From contig NC_058368.1 of NCBI RefSeq assembly GCF_018350175.1, positions 20,028,001 to 20,092,000 of the forward strand: 64,000 nucleotides of DNA, in the 5' to 3' direction. Positions within the stretch are counted from its first letter, which is position 1, and each line of letters begins with the position of its first letter. A program made the translations under genes and the position numbers. Below the pieces are notes generated by a model. The model saw nothing but the letters and a program-made list of their open reading frames with translations, had not been told where the DNA came from and did not search any database. This stretch comes from Felis catus (lineage: Eukaryota). Below, in pieces: positions 37,615-50,635 of the stretch.

Positions 37615-38635
37615 GTGAGCAGAGTAGAGTGTAGTTCTCTCTGGGGGCTGTGACTATTGGTTGGAGAATATGATTCAACATAGAATGACAACCCTAACTT
37701 GACAAATCCAGGTTCAACTGGTAAATTAACTTTAGTTTATACATTTGTTGGTGATGATGATCAGACCCCATCTTTTGAGTTGTTAGAAACGAATAACCTC
37801 TTAACCTTAAGATCTGTAAGGGGAGGAGTTTGAGATTTCCTGGGCCCTTCAGAACCTTAGGTTAGTATCTGTTGTCTTCAATGTAAGTAGCTTACTATCA
37901 TAGCTAAGGAACATTTTGGTTATAAAATCAGATAAGTACAGATGGATTAAAAAAATTAGCTAGTGTGGTAATCTCTGAGTTTATATATTTATCGTGTTAA
38001 TTTGTATATCATGTATTGATCATGTGTATCAGGCAGTTGGGCTTCAGGATTCTGATGGACAAATTTGCATTTGATTTGTCTGTTATAATTAAGAAAAATT
38101 AACTACCTTTGAAGTAGTTTATGTAGTTCGTATTCTATTGCATTCAACTTGAAGAATATTAGGACTGTTGCATTATGTGAATAACATTTTTAGACTCAAT
38201 AAAAAGATCTTTTAGAGATGCATTGAGCATTTTGTTTTGGAAAAAGTTTCGTTCTAGACTTCTTTCTCTGTGCTTTGAAGCACTTACAAAACCCAGTTGT
38301 CATATAATAACTTCTTGGTTGCCAGATTTTCAAGTAAACTCTAAAAATTTGTCCTAAGACTCAATAGGGTTTTTATCTATTTATTTATTTTGTTGTTGTT
38401 GTTGAGTTGCCTGTATTAGTAAAAATGAAAAAATAATATGGGCATGCACTACCCCCAATGTTTGTACATTTTTATGTTTAGATATTATAAACGTATAAAT
38501 TATACACGTATATATACACACACCTTATATTAATATTAGAAAATATCTACAAAAATAGAAATTTTTAAAGATGAGATGAAAAAACTTATACAAAGGAAAT
38601 TCTGATATTTTCTTCCCTCACATCATAATGTATAC

Positions 38636-38849
38636 CAGGAGTTTGCAAACTTAAAGGGCCAGGTAGTAAACATTGTAGGCTTTTCAGCCCATATGATCTG
38701 TTAAAACTACTCAGTTCTGTTGCTGTAGGGCAGAAACAGCCATAGACAATGTGTTAAACCAGTGAGTGTGGCTGTAGTCAATAAAATTTTATTTACCAAA
38801 ACAAACATGGGCTGAATTTGGCTGGTGAGCCATAGTTTGCTGACCTCTG
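38636..38849. mobile_element. MER58A-like hAT-Charlie MITE
   Basis: caggagtttgcaaac..aaagggccaggtagtaaa..agccatagacaat..caataaaattttattta..tagtttgctgacctctg. Confidence 0.85.
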
Positions 38850-39559
38850 GAGTCTGTCTTGTTTTGTAGACCACTGAATTGCGTTATATACTACTTTCAG
38901 GTCCTTTTCACCATGAGTTTTAGAGTGTAGTTGATCTTGCTTAATGAGGTGAGCAGAAAATACTAGTGGTCAGAATGTATTGTTTAGTTGAACAAATACT
39001 TCTTGAAACCAGTGATATTCAGACAAAAGGTTGGGTGCTAGGAGTATGAGTTTGGTGACAGAGAGGTCAACAGGTCATGGTGTAAGAAGTGAAATGATTA
39101 CAGCACAAGCTGCTGAGAAAGTGAGGGTGGCGCTGGGAAATGATGTCTGAGGTTGGACTTTGAAAGATTAATTCAAGTTTGTGAAGCAGATGAGTGTAAA
39201 AGCATAAAAGGAAGTAGATGAGCATAAGGCATAAAGACAGGAAGAGAACCTTATACACCTCAGCACTGATAGTTGACAGAATGTTCAGGAAAGAAGCAGC
39301 AGGAAATGAGCGTGGACAGATGGCATGGCCCATTGTGTATGCCCTGCCAAGGAATGTAGACTGTCTTAGAGGTTGATGGTAATAACCATTGAAGAGATTT
39401 TGGTATAGGAGAAAGTGATCAGATTTGGATTTTAGAAAGACAGTAGCAGTAGTGTAGAATAAACAAGTTGTAGGTAATTTTGGCACCTTTTTTTTTTTTT
39501 TTTAAACCTCCTTATAAAAGACAAAATTGTCTGTGGGTCGTTTTATGCCAGAAATAAAA

Positions 39560-39895
39560 TAAAGGAACTTGGAATAATATTGAGCAATAAAAAGAAATGG
39601 AGTACTGACATGCTATATAACATGGACAAACTTCCAAAACATTATGCTAGATGCAAAAGACCACAGATTGTATGATTCCATTTTTATGGATCATCTATAA
39701 AGTAGATTAGTGGTTGCCTGGGGTGGGCTGGGGACTGACTGCAAATGGGGATGAAGGATCTTTCTGAGGTCTGGAAATGTTCTAAAACTGGATAGTAGTG
39801 ATGGCAAACTATGCAAATTTACTAAAAGTAATTGGACACTTTTAAAATGGGTGAATTTTATGATGGGTAATTATTTTTCAATAAAGTTGTTAAAA
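39560..39895 (+). mobile_element. Old L1 3' end
   Basis: gcaataaaaagaaatggagtactga..aacattatgcta..gtatgattccattt..tcaataaagttgttaaaa. Confidence 0.8.
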
Positions 39896-40230
39896 TATTA
39901 GACCTCACCATTGAAATTTGTTGGAGTAAAACTTTGTGAAAGAATTATTTTCATATCATTGATTGCCAAGTAATAAGTGCTCTTTCCTCTGAACAGATAC
40001 TGTTCTTAAATTTACTAGATTAAAAAAAAGAATTTTTTTTTTAACTTAAAGGATATGCATTGTAAGTAACTATGTGGAAACTACCAACTAAATGATTCAG
40101 ATGATTAACTAAATTTTATAGAATTCCCTTTGACTAATAATTTCTTAATTTTCCTTTCCTTATTAAATATCATATGAGGAGAACTGTCTTAAATGCTTGT
40201 ATTGGATAATAACATAAAAAGCTAGAAATA

Positions 40231-40455
40231 GGGGGTGCCTGGGTGGCTCAGTCGGTTAAGCGTCCGACTTCAGCTCAGGTCATGATCTCACTGCTTGTGG
40301 GTTTGAGCCTCGCATCGGGCTCTGTCCTGACAGCTTGGAGCCTGGAGCCTGCTTCGGATTCTGTGTTTTCCTTTCTCTCTGCCCCTCCTCCCACATGCGC
40401 TCTGCTCTGACTCTCTCTCTCAAAAATAAACAAACATTAAGAAATAAATAAAAAG
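40231..40455 (+). mobile_element. Felid-type SINEC
   Basis: gggggtgcctgggtggctcagtcggttaagcgtccgacttcagctcaggtcatgatctc...aaaataaacaaacatt. Confidence 0.94.
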
Positions 40456-40939
40456 CAAAAATAGCCTAAGGGAAATGTACTTGATTTTTTTTTCGAGGAA
40501 ATAACTGCTAAAGGAAGAACCTGAAGTATGGTGATTTTAATTTGTCAGTTGTTTTTCATAATTTTAATAGTCATTGAAAACGAATGAAAAGAATGCAAAG
40601 CAATTGGAAAATGGTTAATTAAAATAATTTATTGAGGGCTTACTATGTGCTAGGCACTGTTTCTTAGAAACAGATTCTTTTATGTTACCTTCTTTTATTC
40701 CTGGCCGCCAAAATAATTTATATTGAATGTAATCATTAAGAAAATAATGTGTAAGACTTAATTTCGTTACTTTTCATTGTTTCAAGGTAATTTCACATCT
40801 CAATTCCCAATTCTGTGACAGTGAGGAAAATGAATGTTAGTAGAGCTGATTCTCAATTGAGAGGCATAGCTAGGACTAGTCTGTTGGGTTTTTTCTTTTT
40901 ACTTCAGGTTTATTGCTCCTTACACTCTAGTGTGGGATT

Positions 40940-42215
40940 TAAAAAGAAAACAAAAAGCAGTACAGTACTGTATAAGGATAGACGTCTAAATCAATGGATA
41001 AATTGAGAGTTCAGAAATAAAACCCATACATTTGTGGTCAATTGATTTTCAACAGGGAAGCCAAGAGTTTAATGGGGAAAGAAGAATCTTTTCAACAAGT
41101 GGTACTGGACAACTAGATAGATATCCTTATGCAAGAGAGTGAAGTTGGACCCCTGCCTGACACCATATACAAAAATGAAATCAAAATACGTGGGCAGTGT
41201 AAATGTGACAGCTGAAACTCTTAGAAGAAAACATAGGCTAACTCCTCATGACTTTGGATTAGGCAGCGGTTTTTTAGATATGACAGTAGAAGCACATTCA
41301 AAGAAAAGGTAGAAAAGTTTAACTTCATCAAAATTAAAAACATTTGTGCTTCAAAGGATATTATCAAGAAAAGACTGTATAACAGGAGAAAATATTTGCA
41401 AATCATATATCTTCATAAGGGCCTAGTATCCAGCATATAAAAAGAACTGCTATAACACAAAAATAAAGACAGCCCAATTGAGAAATGGGCAATGGATTTG
41501 AAATGATATTTCTCTAAAGACATACAAATTGCCAATAAGTGCATGAAAACGATGTTTAGCATGATGAGTCATTGGGGAAATGCAAATCAAAACCATAATG
41601 GAATACCACTTTATGCCAATTATCATGGTTATAATAAAAAAAATGTATAGTAACAAATATTGGTAAGAATGTAGAGAAGCTAGAACCCTCATACATTACT
41701 GGTGAGAATGTAAAATGAGGCAGCTGCTATCTACGGAAAATTAGTTGGCAGTTCCTCAAGAAAGTTGAACATAGAGTTACCTATTACCCCCAAACTCCAT
41801 TTCTTGGTATGTACCCAAGAGAAATGAAAGTAAGTCCACATAAAATGTCTCAGTATCATTTATAATAGCTAAAAAGTAGAAACAATCCAGTGTTCATTAA
41901 CTGATGAACAGATGAACAAAGTGTGGTATATACATACAATGGAATGCTGTTTAGCCTTAAAAGGGAATGAAATTCTGACATACTACAACATGGCCGAACC
42001 TTGAAAACATGCTAAGTAAAAGAAGCCAGATACAAAAGCCTAGTTACTACATGATTCCATTCCTATGAAATCCTCAGAATAGGCAATTCCATTGAAACAG
42101 AAATATATAAGGGTTGCTGGGCTTGAGGGTAAGAGTTGGTGCTAATGCGCATGGGGTTTCTCTTTTGGGTGATGCGTGTGTTCTGAAATGATGTAGTGGT
42201 GATGGTTGTATAATT
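40940..42215 (+). mobile_element. Old L1 (L1MB-like) ORF2 C-terminus + 3' UTR fragment
   Basis: cagaaataaaacccatacatttgtggtcaattgattttcaaca; gaaatgcaaatcaaaacca; gtgtggtatatacatacaatggaat. Confidence 0.9.
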
Positions 42216-42629
42216 CTGCCTCCCTGGGTCAGCCATTCTAAAAACATGAAACAAAACAAAGGGAAAAACTTGTGTCTTTACCCTCATGTACCCTTTTTCC
42301 CTTTCTAATGATTTTCTTAAATCTTGTTTCCTTTTGTAGCAAATTTAGGAATTATTTCTGATATCCCCTTGACTTTGCTACCTTCTTTTTTATTCTTTAA
42401 TCTGTTACATTCTGACTTCTTCCATTCTTAGTAAGGTCAATAATGCTTTCTCATTTTCCAAATTCTTTCATAGGTTTTTGAGTTTTCTCTCCCATGAAGT
42501 TTTGCCTGCATTATTGAACACTCTTTCTTAAAAGTGGCTTCTGGGTTTATATTTTCCTGGCTTTTATTTGGCTTTTGGTTCCATTTAATCATCGATCTTG
42601 CTTTATGCCTATCTGTCCCCTTGTTACTT

Positions 42630-42664
<35 letters not shown>

Positions 42665-42939
42665 CTTTAAATTTGACCTGTTCATTTCAGGCAATTTCAT
42701 TTATTCCCACAGCTTCATCCATCAGTATATACAGATTTCCATCTCCAAACAGATTACCAAGATGTGTTTTTCTAGCCATTATCTTTTAACTTTCTTACTT
42801 TTAATTTTTGAGATAGTGTCAGTTTATAGACATAACCCATATAAGCAAAAGCTCTTTAGGGTCCTCATTAATTTTTAAGCATGCAAATGGTGTTACAGTA
42901 TAAACTGTTAGAGCACTGCTGCTCTCGGGGAGGGTGTGT

Positions 42940-43230
42940 ATTTTATTGAGATATAATTGACATAAACATTAGTTTTGGGTATACAACATAATGATTTGAT
43001 ATTTTGTATATATTATGAAATGATCACTCCAATAAGTCTAGTTAACATTAATTACTACACAGAAAAATTTTTTTCTTGTGTTGAGAGCTTTCAAGATCTA
43101 CTCTCTTAGCAACTATCAAATATGCAATACAGTATTAACAGTAGTCACCATGCTGTATATGACAGCTCTCTGACTTCTTTATTTTATAATTGGAAGTTTG
43201 TACCTATTGTCCCCTTTCTCCCATGTTGCC
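42940..43230 (-). mobile_element. L1MA-like 3' end
   Basis: ttttattgagatataattgacata..atacaacataatgatttgatat..aagatctactctcttagcaact..gtcaccatgctgta. Confidence 0.82.
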
Positions 43231-44669
43231 GCCCCCAGCCACCTTTATCTTTCTCATTGAGTTTTGATACTAAGCACTTGGGCATTCTCCCTTTTCCTTT
43301 TGTTTCCTACCTTGGGATATCTATCTATACTCCCTTTACCAGGTATAAAAGGCCCTTTATGATTTGATCCCAACTTTCCCCATGCTTTATTTGGTTTACA
43401 TTGCATCTGAGTGCTTCACCAACACCAAAATGTTGTTCACTGAGTCCATCACACTTTATTTACCGGTGCCTGTTCCATGATTCTGGGGTGCTTCCTATCT
43501 CTTCCTACCTCTCTCTTCCCAAAATGTACTCAGTATTTGTTGAGACACTGGGCAAATGCTACCTTCTATAAAGCTTTTAGGCATTTAGTCACATTTTTTT
43601 CTCTGTACTTCTGGGGCTTAATTCTTATCACTCTTACCCCAGTTTATATTCATTCTGTTACTTGTAAGCTTCTATTGCCACTAGATTTTGTGGTGGCCTA
43701 TCACACGTCTTTCAGTTTGGAAACTCCTATCTTTTAACTTATTTCTTTGATATATTTTTTTCCCATCTGTGTCTCTCTTCTGACTTCTGAATTTATCCAT
43801 TACTGTTATCCTCATTATTCTTATTTATCTTTTCTGTCCTTCTTCCATCTTTGTTCTTTCTTGGAGTTTTCCTTAACTGGATTGGTAAAGGGCTTGGCTT
43901 GTGCTAAAGTTTGTATATTGTTTTATTGAGATGAAATTTGCATAATTCAGTGGCATTTAGTAAACCTTTCCTCGTTAATAAAACTCTCATACTGGGAAGA
44001 AATCTAAAGATGCTGTAACAGAGTGCATTGGTTCTTTAATCCTAAGCAGCAAATCCTGGGATAGTAGATTTCTTGCATATACCTTTTTCTCAACCAGATA
44101 ATTTCAGTTTTGGTATCTTTGGCTGTTCAACTGTTCATGGAAATAATCAGAAAAATAATTGAGGGTTATAACTGTTGAAGGATAAAACCTTAGGGAGAAA
44201 AAGGAAGTTGAAGGAGTAAGTTTTGAGTCTTAGAACTATTCCTACATTTACTGGAAAGGAGGAAACTGAAATGAAACTTAAGGGCCTAATCCTAGTTATG
44301 TGGGTTTGTTGTTGTTACTATTTGTTCTGAGGAAGAACTAAGGCTGTGTTATATTTGCGGAACGAAATTTAAGAAATACTCAGATTCACCAAAAATGTTA
44401 ACATTTTGTTTGAAGCTTTTTTTCATCCATATTATCTGAGCAAATCTGAGTAATTGGCATTAGAGTGGTACTTGATCCTGGAGGTGCCAGCTTTCTATTT
44501 ATTAAATCACAAAGGCATTTATCATTAATTTGGTTTAGAACGTGTGCTTCTCTGCCTTTAATACACATTTTGTGCCTCTCTGCATGTTCTGCAACAAAGC
44601 AAACAAACTGACAGGCATCTAGTTGAACCTTCAAGAATTCTGAAAACCTTCTGGCAAGTTTATTTTTTA

Positions 44670-45150
44670 GGGTATTGGTTCAGCTCCTGTAATTGGGCAA
44701 AAGTAACAGTGGCTTTAGAAAGATGGAAAACTTTTTCTCTCACATCAAAGACAGAAGTGGTTAGTGGTGTGGGAGGTAGGGTGGTTTTGCTCCAAACTGT
44801 GTCTAAGTCCTAGGTTCCTTCTACTTTTTTGTTTTGTCTTTGCTTTTATGTGTAGAGTTGGTAACTGGTTTAACAATGTACTCTACCTAGTTCAGTGCTA
44901 CAAATGAATTTCACCCTGTGGGAAGGAGTAAAGAATATGGAGGGCAGGCAGCCACCTAATGTGAGCGTGACGTAAAACTTGTATGTAGCAGCTCCAAGCA
45001 AAGTCCATCAACCAGAACTTGACCATACTTAGTGAGGCAGAACAAAGCATGTAATCTCTGCTTGGGTGGCTATGTGTCTAGCTAAAATTTGGGGGTTTTG
45101 ATTAGAAGGAAGAGAGATTAGATCTCAAGAAGCAGTTAGCAGTTTCTGAA
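44670..45150 (-). mobile_element. MLT1-like MaLR LTR
   Basis: ggtattggttcagct..aacagtggcttt..tttttctctcacat ... agctaaaatttgggggttt..agcagttagcagtttctg. Confidence 0.6.
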
Positions 45151-46029
45151 ATAAGATGTATGTTAAAGAAATTAATTTTATTTTAAAAGCTTTGGAAACT
45201 ACTTTCTAGTATGACAGTTTGTTCTAGGTTTATCTTGTGCATTTTTGCTCCAGACCTGGAATCCTACATTAAAGATGTAACCTAATTCTCTCTTGTTTGA
45301 AGCTTTAGTTTCCTCAGCTTTTAAAACGGGGACAATAATAACTATATCTCATGGTTGTTGTAATAATTAAATGAGATAATAAGAGCTTAAGAAATTTTAC
45401 TGTTTTTATTATTTTCTATTACAGTATAAAAAGGAGAGCTTCTAATTCTCGTAGAGGCCAGAGAAGACAGGGAAGGCGACGCTGATGCTGTCAGGAAAGA
45501 CAGGGTCTTAGGGGGATATAGAAATATTTAGAAACTTATCAAGACAAGAGACTAACCAGTGGGTGTGATCTCCATTAGTTAAGACTGGAGCCTAAGATTT
45601 TGTTTTGACCTTTAAAAAAACAAAAGCCCTTTTTCCTCATAGCTTTAGCATAATCTCTAGTTACAGGTAATGTGTGTTCCTTTTGTTTACCACAGTAACC
45701 CCAGTGCCTGGCATAGAGTAGCTACTCAGTTGATATTCATACCATGAATGATTTTTACAGCACTTATAAACACCGCAAAATTTAGCATTTGATTATATAT
45801 GTATATTATTTTTCTGCAGTTACTTCATAAGTGTTGCCTTATTCTTAGCTCTGCCGTAGTTTGGGAACTACTACTAATTGATCCAATTTCTTTGAAATCA
45901 GGAACTTTTAATTCTCTGCAGATTTTTGCCACTTGCCGATTTTTTTTTTTTTTTTTTTTTGTGCCACTGGATATGGTACTCTGTTTGTATTGGTTTATGT
46001 TTACTTTGTTGTTGTTTTTATTGTCCTTT

Positions 46030-48585
46030 TTGTTTAGCCATAATTTATATGCAGTATAAGTATAGTACTTTCAAGTATAAAACATGAGTTTTGACAGAAG
46101 TAAATAAACATTGTGTCAACAACACAGTTATGATGTAAAATATGTCTTATAACTCCAAAAACATTTTGTTGCGCCATGCCCCTTTGCAGTTAATTTCTGT
46201 CGTCATTTCCTGGAAACAACTGATCTGCTTTCTGTCACTGTAACTGACTGTCTATCTGTCTATCTCCGTCTATCTATCTAGTTTTACCTTTTCTAGAATG
46301 TCACATAAGTGGACGCATGAGTATACATAGTCTGTTGGGTCTTGCTTTCTTTCACTTAGCATAATGCTGTTGAGATGCATCCACACAGCTTCCTGTGTCA
46401 GTGGTTTGTTCCTTTTTATCGTCGGGTAATAGTCCAGTGTCTAGCTATACTGCAGTTTGCTCATTCAGTCACTAGATAGAACATTTAGGTTTTTCCATTT
46501 ATTTTGATCGTTCTGAATAAAGCCACTGCGTACTTGGCATATAGGTCCTTCTGTGGACATAAGTTTTCACTTCTCTTAGGCATATACATAGGAGTATAGC
46601 TGGTGGGTGATAATGCTAAGTGTATATGGAGCTTTATAAGAAACTGCCAAACTGTTCACTGGGGCGGCTGTACTACTTTTGCATTCCTGCCGGGAATATA
46701 CGGGAGTTCTAGTTGCTCTCCATCCTTCCAACACTTGAATTTTTTCAGTCTTTTAAATTTTAGACAACATAGCGGGTGTGTAGTGGAATTTCATTTTCGT
46801 TTTAGTTTGCATTCCCTCAGGACTAATGGTGTTGAACATCTTCTTGTATATTTATATGTCATCTGTATATCTTCTTTGGTGAAGTGAGTGTTCATAACCT
46901 TTGCCCATTTTTTATTGGATTGTGTTGTTAGTACTGAATTTTAAGAATCTTTTACATATTCTCGATACATGTCCTTTATTGGATACATGTTTTTCAAATA
47001 TTTCCTATTAATCTATGTCTTGCCTTTTACAGTGTCTTTTGAAGAGCAAATGTTTTAAATTAATTTTTTCTTTTATAGTTTGTGCTTTCTGTATCCTGTT
47101 ACAGGAATTTTTGTCTAGCCCAGTGTTACTAAGATTTTTCCCTATATTTTCTTCAAGGAGTTTTATGGTGTAAGCTCTTACTTTCAGAGTCATGATTCAT
47201 TTAGAATTTTTATGTCTCATGGGAGGAGAGTATTGAGATTTCATTGTTTGACACATCATTAGCTAATTGTGTCAGTACCATTCGTTAAAAGGATAATCCT
47301 TTCCCCATTGCATTGTTGTGGCATCTTTGTTGAAAATCAGTTGGCCACTTGTGTCTGTTTCTGAGCTTTCTATTCTATTTTGATTTTTGTGTCTGTCTCT
47401 TGCCAGTACACCACTGTCTAGTCTATTGGTTTTATAAGTCTACAGGTCAGTTAAAGTCTCCAGCTTTTTTTTTCCCCCAAAATTGTTCTGTGTATTCCAG
47501 GTGTTTTGAATTTCCATATCATTTTAGAAGTAGCTTGATAATTTTTACAAGAAAGCCTACCACAGTTGTTTTTTAAGTAAGCTGTATGCCCACCAGAGGG
47601 CTTTAACTTAATGATCCCCAAATCAAGAGTCCCATGCTTGACTACTGACTGAGCCAGCCAGCTGCCCCACCTGCTGTAGTTTTGATTGGAATTACACTGA
47701 ATCTGTAAAGTTACTTTGGAAAAAGTCGACACCTTACATTATTAGTTATTCTTAAATTTTTTTTTCAACGTTTTTATTTATTTTTGGGACAGAGACAGAG
47801 CATGAATGGGGGAGGGGCAGAGAGAGAGGGAGACACAGAATCGGAAACAGGTTCCAGGCTCCGAGCCATCCGCCCAGAGCCCGACGCGGGGCTCGAACTC
47901 CCGGACCCCGGGAGATCGTGACCTGGCTGAAGTCGGACGCTTAACCGACTGCGCCACCCAGGTGCCCCACATTATTAGTTATTCTAATCCATGGAGATGG
48001 TATATCTCTCAGAATTTTTAAGGCTAATTTTTCTTGGCAGTGTTTGTACTTTTCATATATATAGTTTACATATATGTAATTTTTATATATTTTGATGCTA
48101 TTGTTAATTGGTCTTTTTGCTTTTAATTTCTGATTGTTGCTAGCACATAGAAATGCAGTTGATTTTTGTATTTTGACCTTGTAATTTCTGACTTTCCTAA
48201 ATTCACATACCATGTAGTAGCTTTTTCTAGATTTTTTAGCATACAGAATCATGTTGTTTGTGAATATGGACAGTTTTACTTTACTTTTTCCATATCTGAT
48301 TGCTTTTTATTTCCTTTTCTTGCCTAAATGTGCTGGTAGAAGCAGTGAGGATGGACATCTTTGCCTTGTTCCTTATCTTGGGAGATGGGGTGGGGAGTGA
48401 AACCTTTTACCATGTAAGTGTGATGTTAACTGTAGGTTTTTGGTATGTTCCTTTTATCAGATTGTGGAAGTTCTCTTTTGTTCCCAGTTTGCTGAGTTAT
48501 TATTATTTTTTAATCATGAATGGGTATTGAATTTTGTCTGTTTTTAATGCATATGTTCAGATCATCATATGACTTTAAATTTTAT
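46030..48585 (-). mobile_element. Old L1 fragment interrupted by SINEs at ~47570-47668 and 47753-47968
   Basis: ttcacttagcataatgc; tttataagaaactgccaaactgtt; minus-strand peptides TIKLLEENIGKNL, MILYAKK..YKVKIQKSTAFL. Confidence 0.88.
47753..47968 (-). mobile_element. Young felid SINEC_Fc-type insertion
   Basis: CpG-rich body; perfect 17-bp TSD acattattagttattct (47736-47752, 47969-47985). Confidence 0.95.
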
Positions 48586-48599
48586 AGTGGATTATTAAA

Positions 48600-48636
48600 A
48601 AAATATATTTTTAAAATTTTTTAATGTTTATTTATT

Positions 48637-48671
<35 letters not shown>

Positions 48672-49051
48672 CAGAACACAAGTTGGGAGAGGGGCAGACA
48701 GAGAGGGACACAGAATCTGAAGCAGGCTCCAAGTTCTGAACTGCCAGCACAGAGCCTGACGCGGGGCTCTAACTCATGACCCATGAGATCATGACCTGAG
48801 CCGAAGTTGAACGCTTAACCGACTGAGCCACCTGGGTGCCCCTAAAAAAATTTTTTTTTCTTTACATTTATTTATTTTTGAGAGACGGAGACAGAGCACA
48901 AGTGGGGGAGGGGCAGAGAGAGAATGAGACACAGAACCCGAAGCAGGCTCCAGGCTCTGAGTTGTCAGCCCCGATGGGGGGCTGGAACTCACAAACCATG
49001 AGATCATGAGCTGAGCCGAAGACGCCCAAGACTGAGCCACCCAGGGGCCCC
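48600..49051 (-). mobile_element. Two tandem SINEs (48600-48842 apparently inserted in the tail of 48845-49051)
   Basis: Two SINE bodies in the same orientation; outer flanks gtggattattaa / gtgagttattaa, inner taaaaaaat(a)tttt repeat. Confidence 0.9.
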
Positions 49052-49679
49052 GTGAGTTATTAATTTTTGCTGTAAACCAACATTGTTTATGTGTATGTAT
49101 ATATGTGTCTGAGCGTAACCTTGTTATATATTGTAAAGATTAGAAAGCTGATACACAAAAGTTGTGATGTAAGTAAGCAAACACAGGAACCCAGAAAGCA
49201 GCATTCTGAATTATTTGCTATAAAGTCAGACAGAAAAACAGATTTTAGTAAGGTGACAGTATATGGCACAGTGTAAACATTGGATGGGAATCCAATAAAT
49301 AACAAAGATATAGCAAAATGGGAGATGGTGGGTTTAAATCTTGTTTTTTCCTAAACCTGCAGTACCTTGGACACATGTATGCATCTCTTTGTATCAGGGT
49401 TTCCTTACCCTCCTCCCACCTCCAAATGATAATTCCATATTTCTTTGATTCTAAGAAACATTGTCTACCCATTCCCTACCCTCTTCAGCTTTTCTGAAAT
49501 CAGGAGAAATGTGTTGGCTTTTTCAGCAGGGAGGTAACAAGTGATGGACTCGTATCTGGTCATGCCTACGTCAGTGCATGTTTTAGGCATAGGTGTGGGT
49601 CATTGAGGTCTCATTCAGGCTGAACTGTTTGCTTATTTGCTTTGCTAGCACCTCATGTCACGTGAAATTTAAAAAAAAA

Positions 49680-49791
49680 AATTTTTTTTAATGTTTATTT
49701 TTGAGAGAGACAGAGTATGAGTGGGGGAGGGGCAGAGAGAGAAGGAGGTACAGAATCTGAAGCAGGCTCCAGGCTCTGAGCTGTCAGCACC
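49680..49791 (-). mobile_element. 5'-truncated SINE
   Basis: Tail and 3' half only, ends at gagctgtcagcac. Confidence 0.85.
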
Positions 49792-49944
49792 TAGGTGAAT
49801 TTTTTATATTCTACTTAAAAGAGTTAAAATGTTTCAGTTTAACATGAACATTTGGCTAATATATTTACAGAAGGGCTACTAAAGGAAGGTAAGATTTCCT
49901 TCCCATTCTCATTTTCTTTTCACAAAGTCTTAATTTGCATTAAA

Positions 49945-50149
49945 AAATTAAATTTTTAAATGTTTATTTATTTTTGAGAGAGAGAGAGAGAACGCAGAGG
50001 AGGGGCAGAGAGAGAGAGGCAGACAGAGGATCCAAAGCAGGTTCGCACTGACTGCAGAGAGCCCGATGTGGGGCTCAAACTCACAAACCGTGAGATCATG
50101 ACCTGAGCTGAAGTCAAATGCTTAACTGACTGAGCCACCCAGGTGCTCC
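49945..50149 (-). mobile_element. Carnivore SINE
   Basis: Full body ending ctgagccacccaggtgctcc. Confidence 0.92.
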
Positions 50150-50527
50150 AATTACTTGCATTTTTAATTGTGTTTATTCACATATGTCCAGTTTTTTAAA
50201 AACTTTTACTGTGGAGCTTTCAAACATATATACAAATAAGGAAAATAAAATAATAAACATCAAGAACCCTTACCCAGCTTCAATTGTTACACACATTTTG
50301 TTGGTCTTGTTTTTATCTGTTCTGCTCCTACCCGCCCCCCATACACATTTTTGGTGGGAATATTTTAAAGCAAATTCCAAACACTATCATTTCATTCATA
50401 AAAACTTCTGTATGTCTCTTTTAACATCTAAGGACAGCAAAATGTATCTGTCTGTATACATAAGCAATGTTCCGTACTCCAAATGAAACTTAAATATATT
50501 CTGACATTTTGTTAAATTTAAATTTAA

Positions 50528-50635
50528 TCTTTTTTTTTTTTTTTTAAAGTAAACTCTAGCCCAATGTGGGGCTTGAACTCCTGGCCCTAAGATCAAGAGT
50601 CACATGGCTCTACCCACTGAGCCATCCAGGGGCCC
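50528..50635 (-). mobile_element. Short carnivore SINE inside an old L1 3' fragment (~50190-50840)
   Basis: aagtaaactcta..ggggcttgaactc..gatcaagagtcacatg..ctgagccatccaggggccc; TSD ttaaatttaat. Confidence 0.82.
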
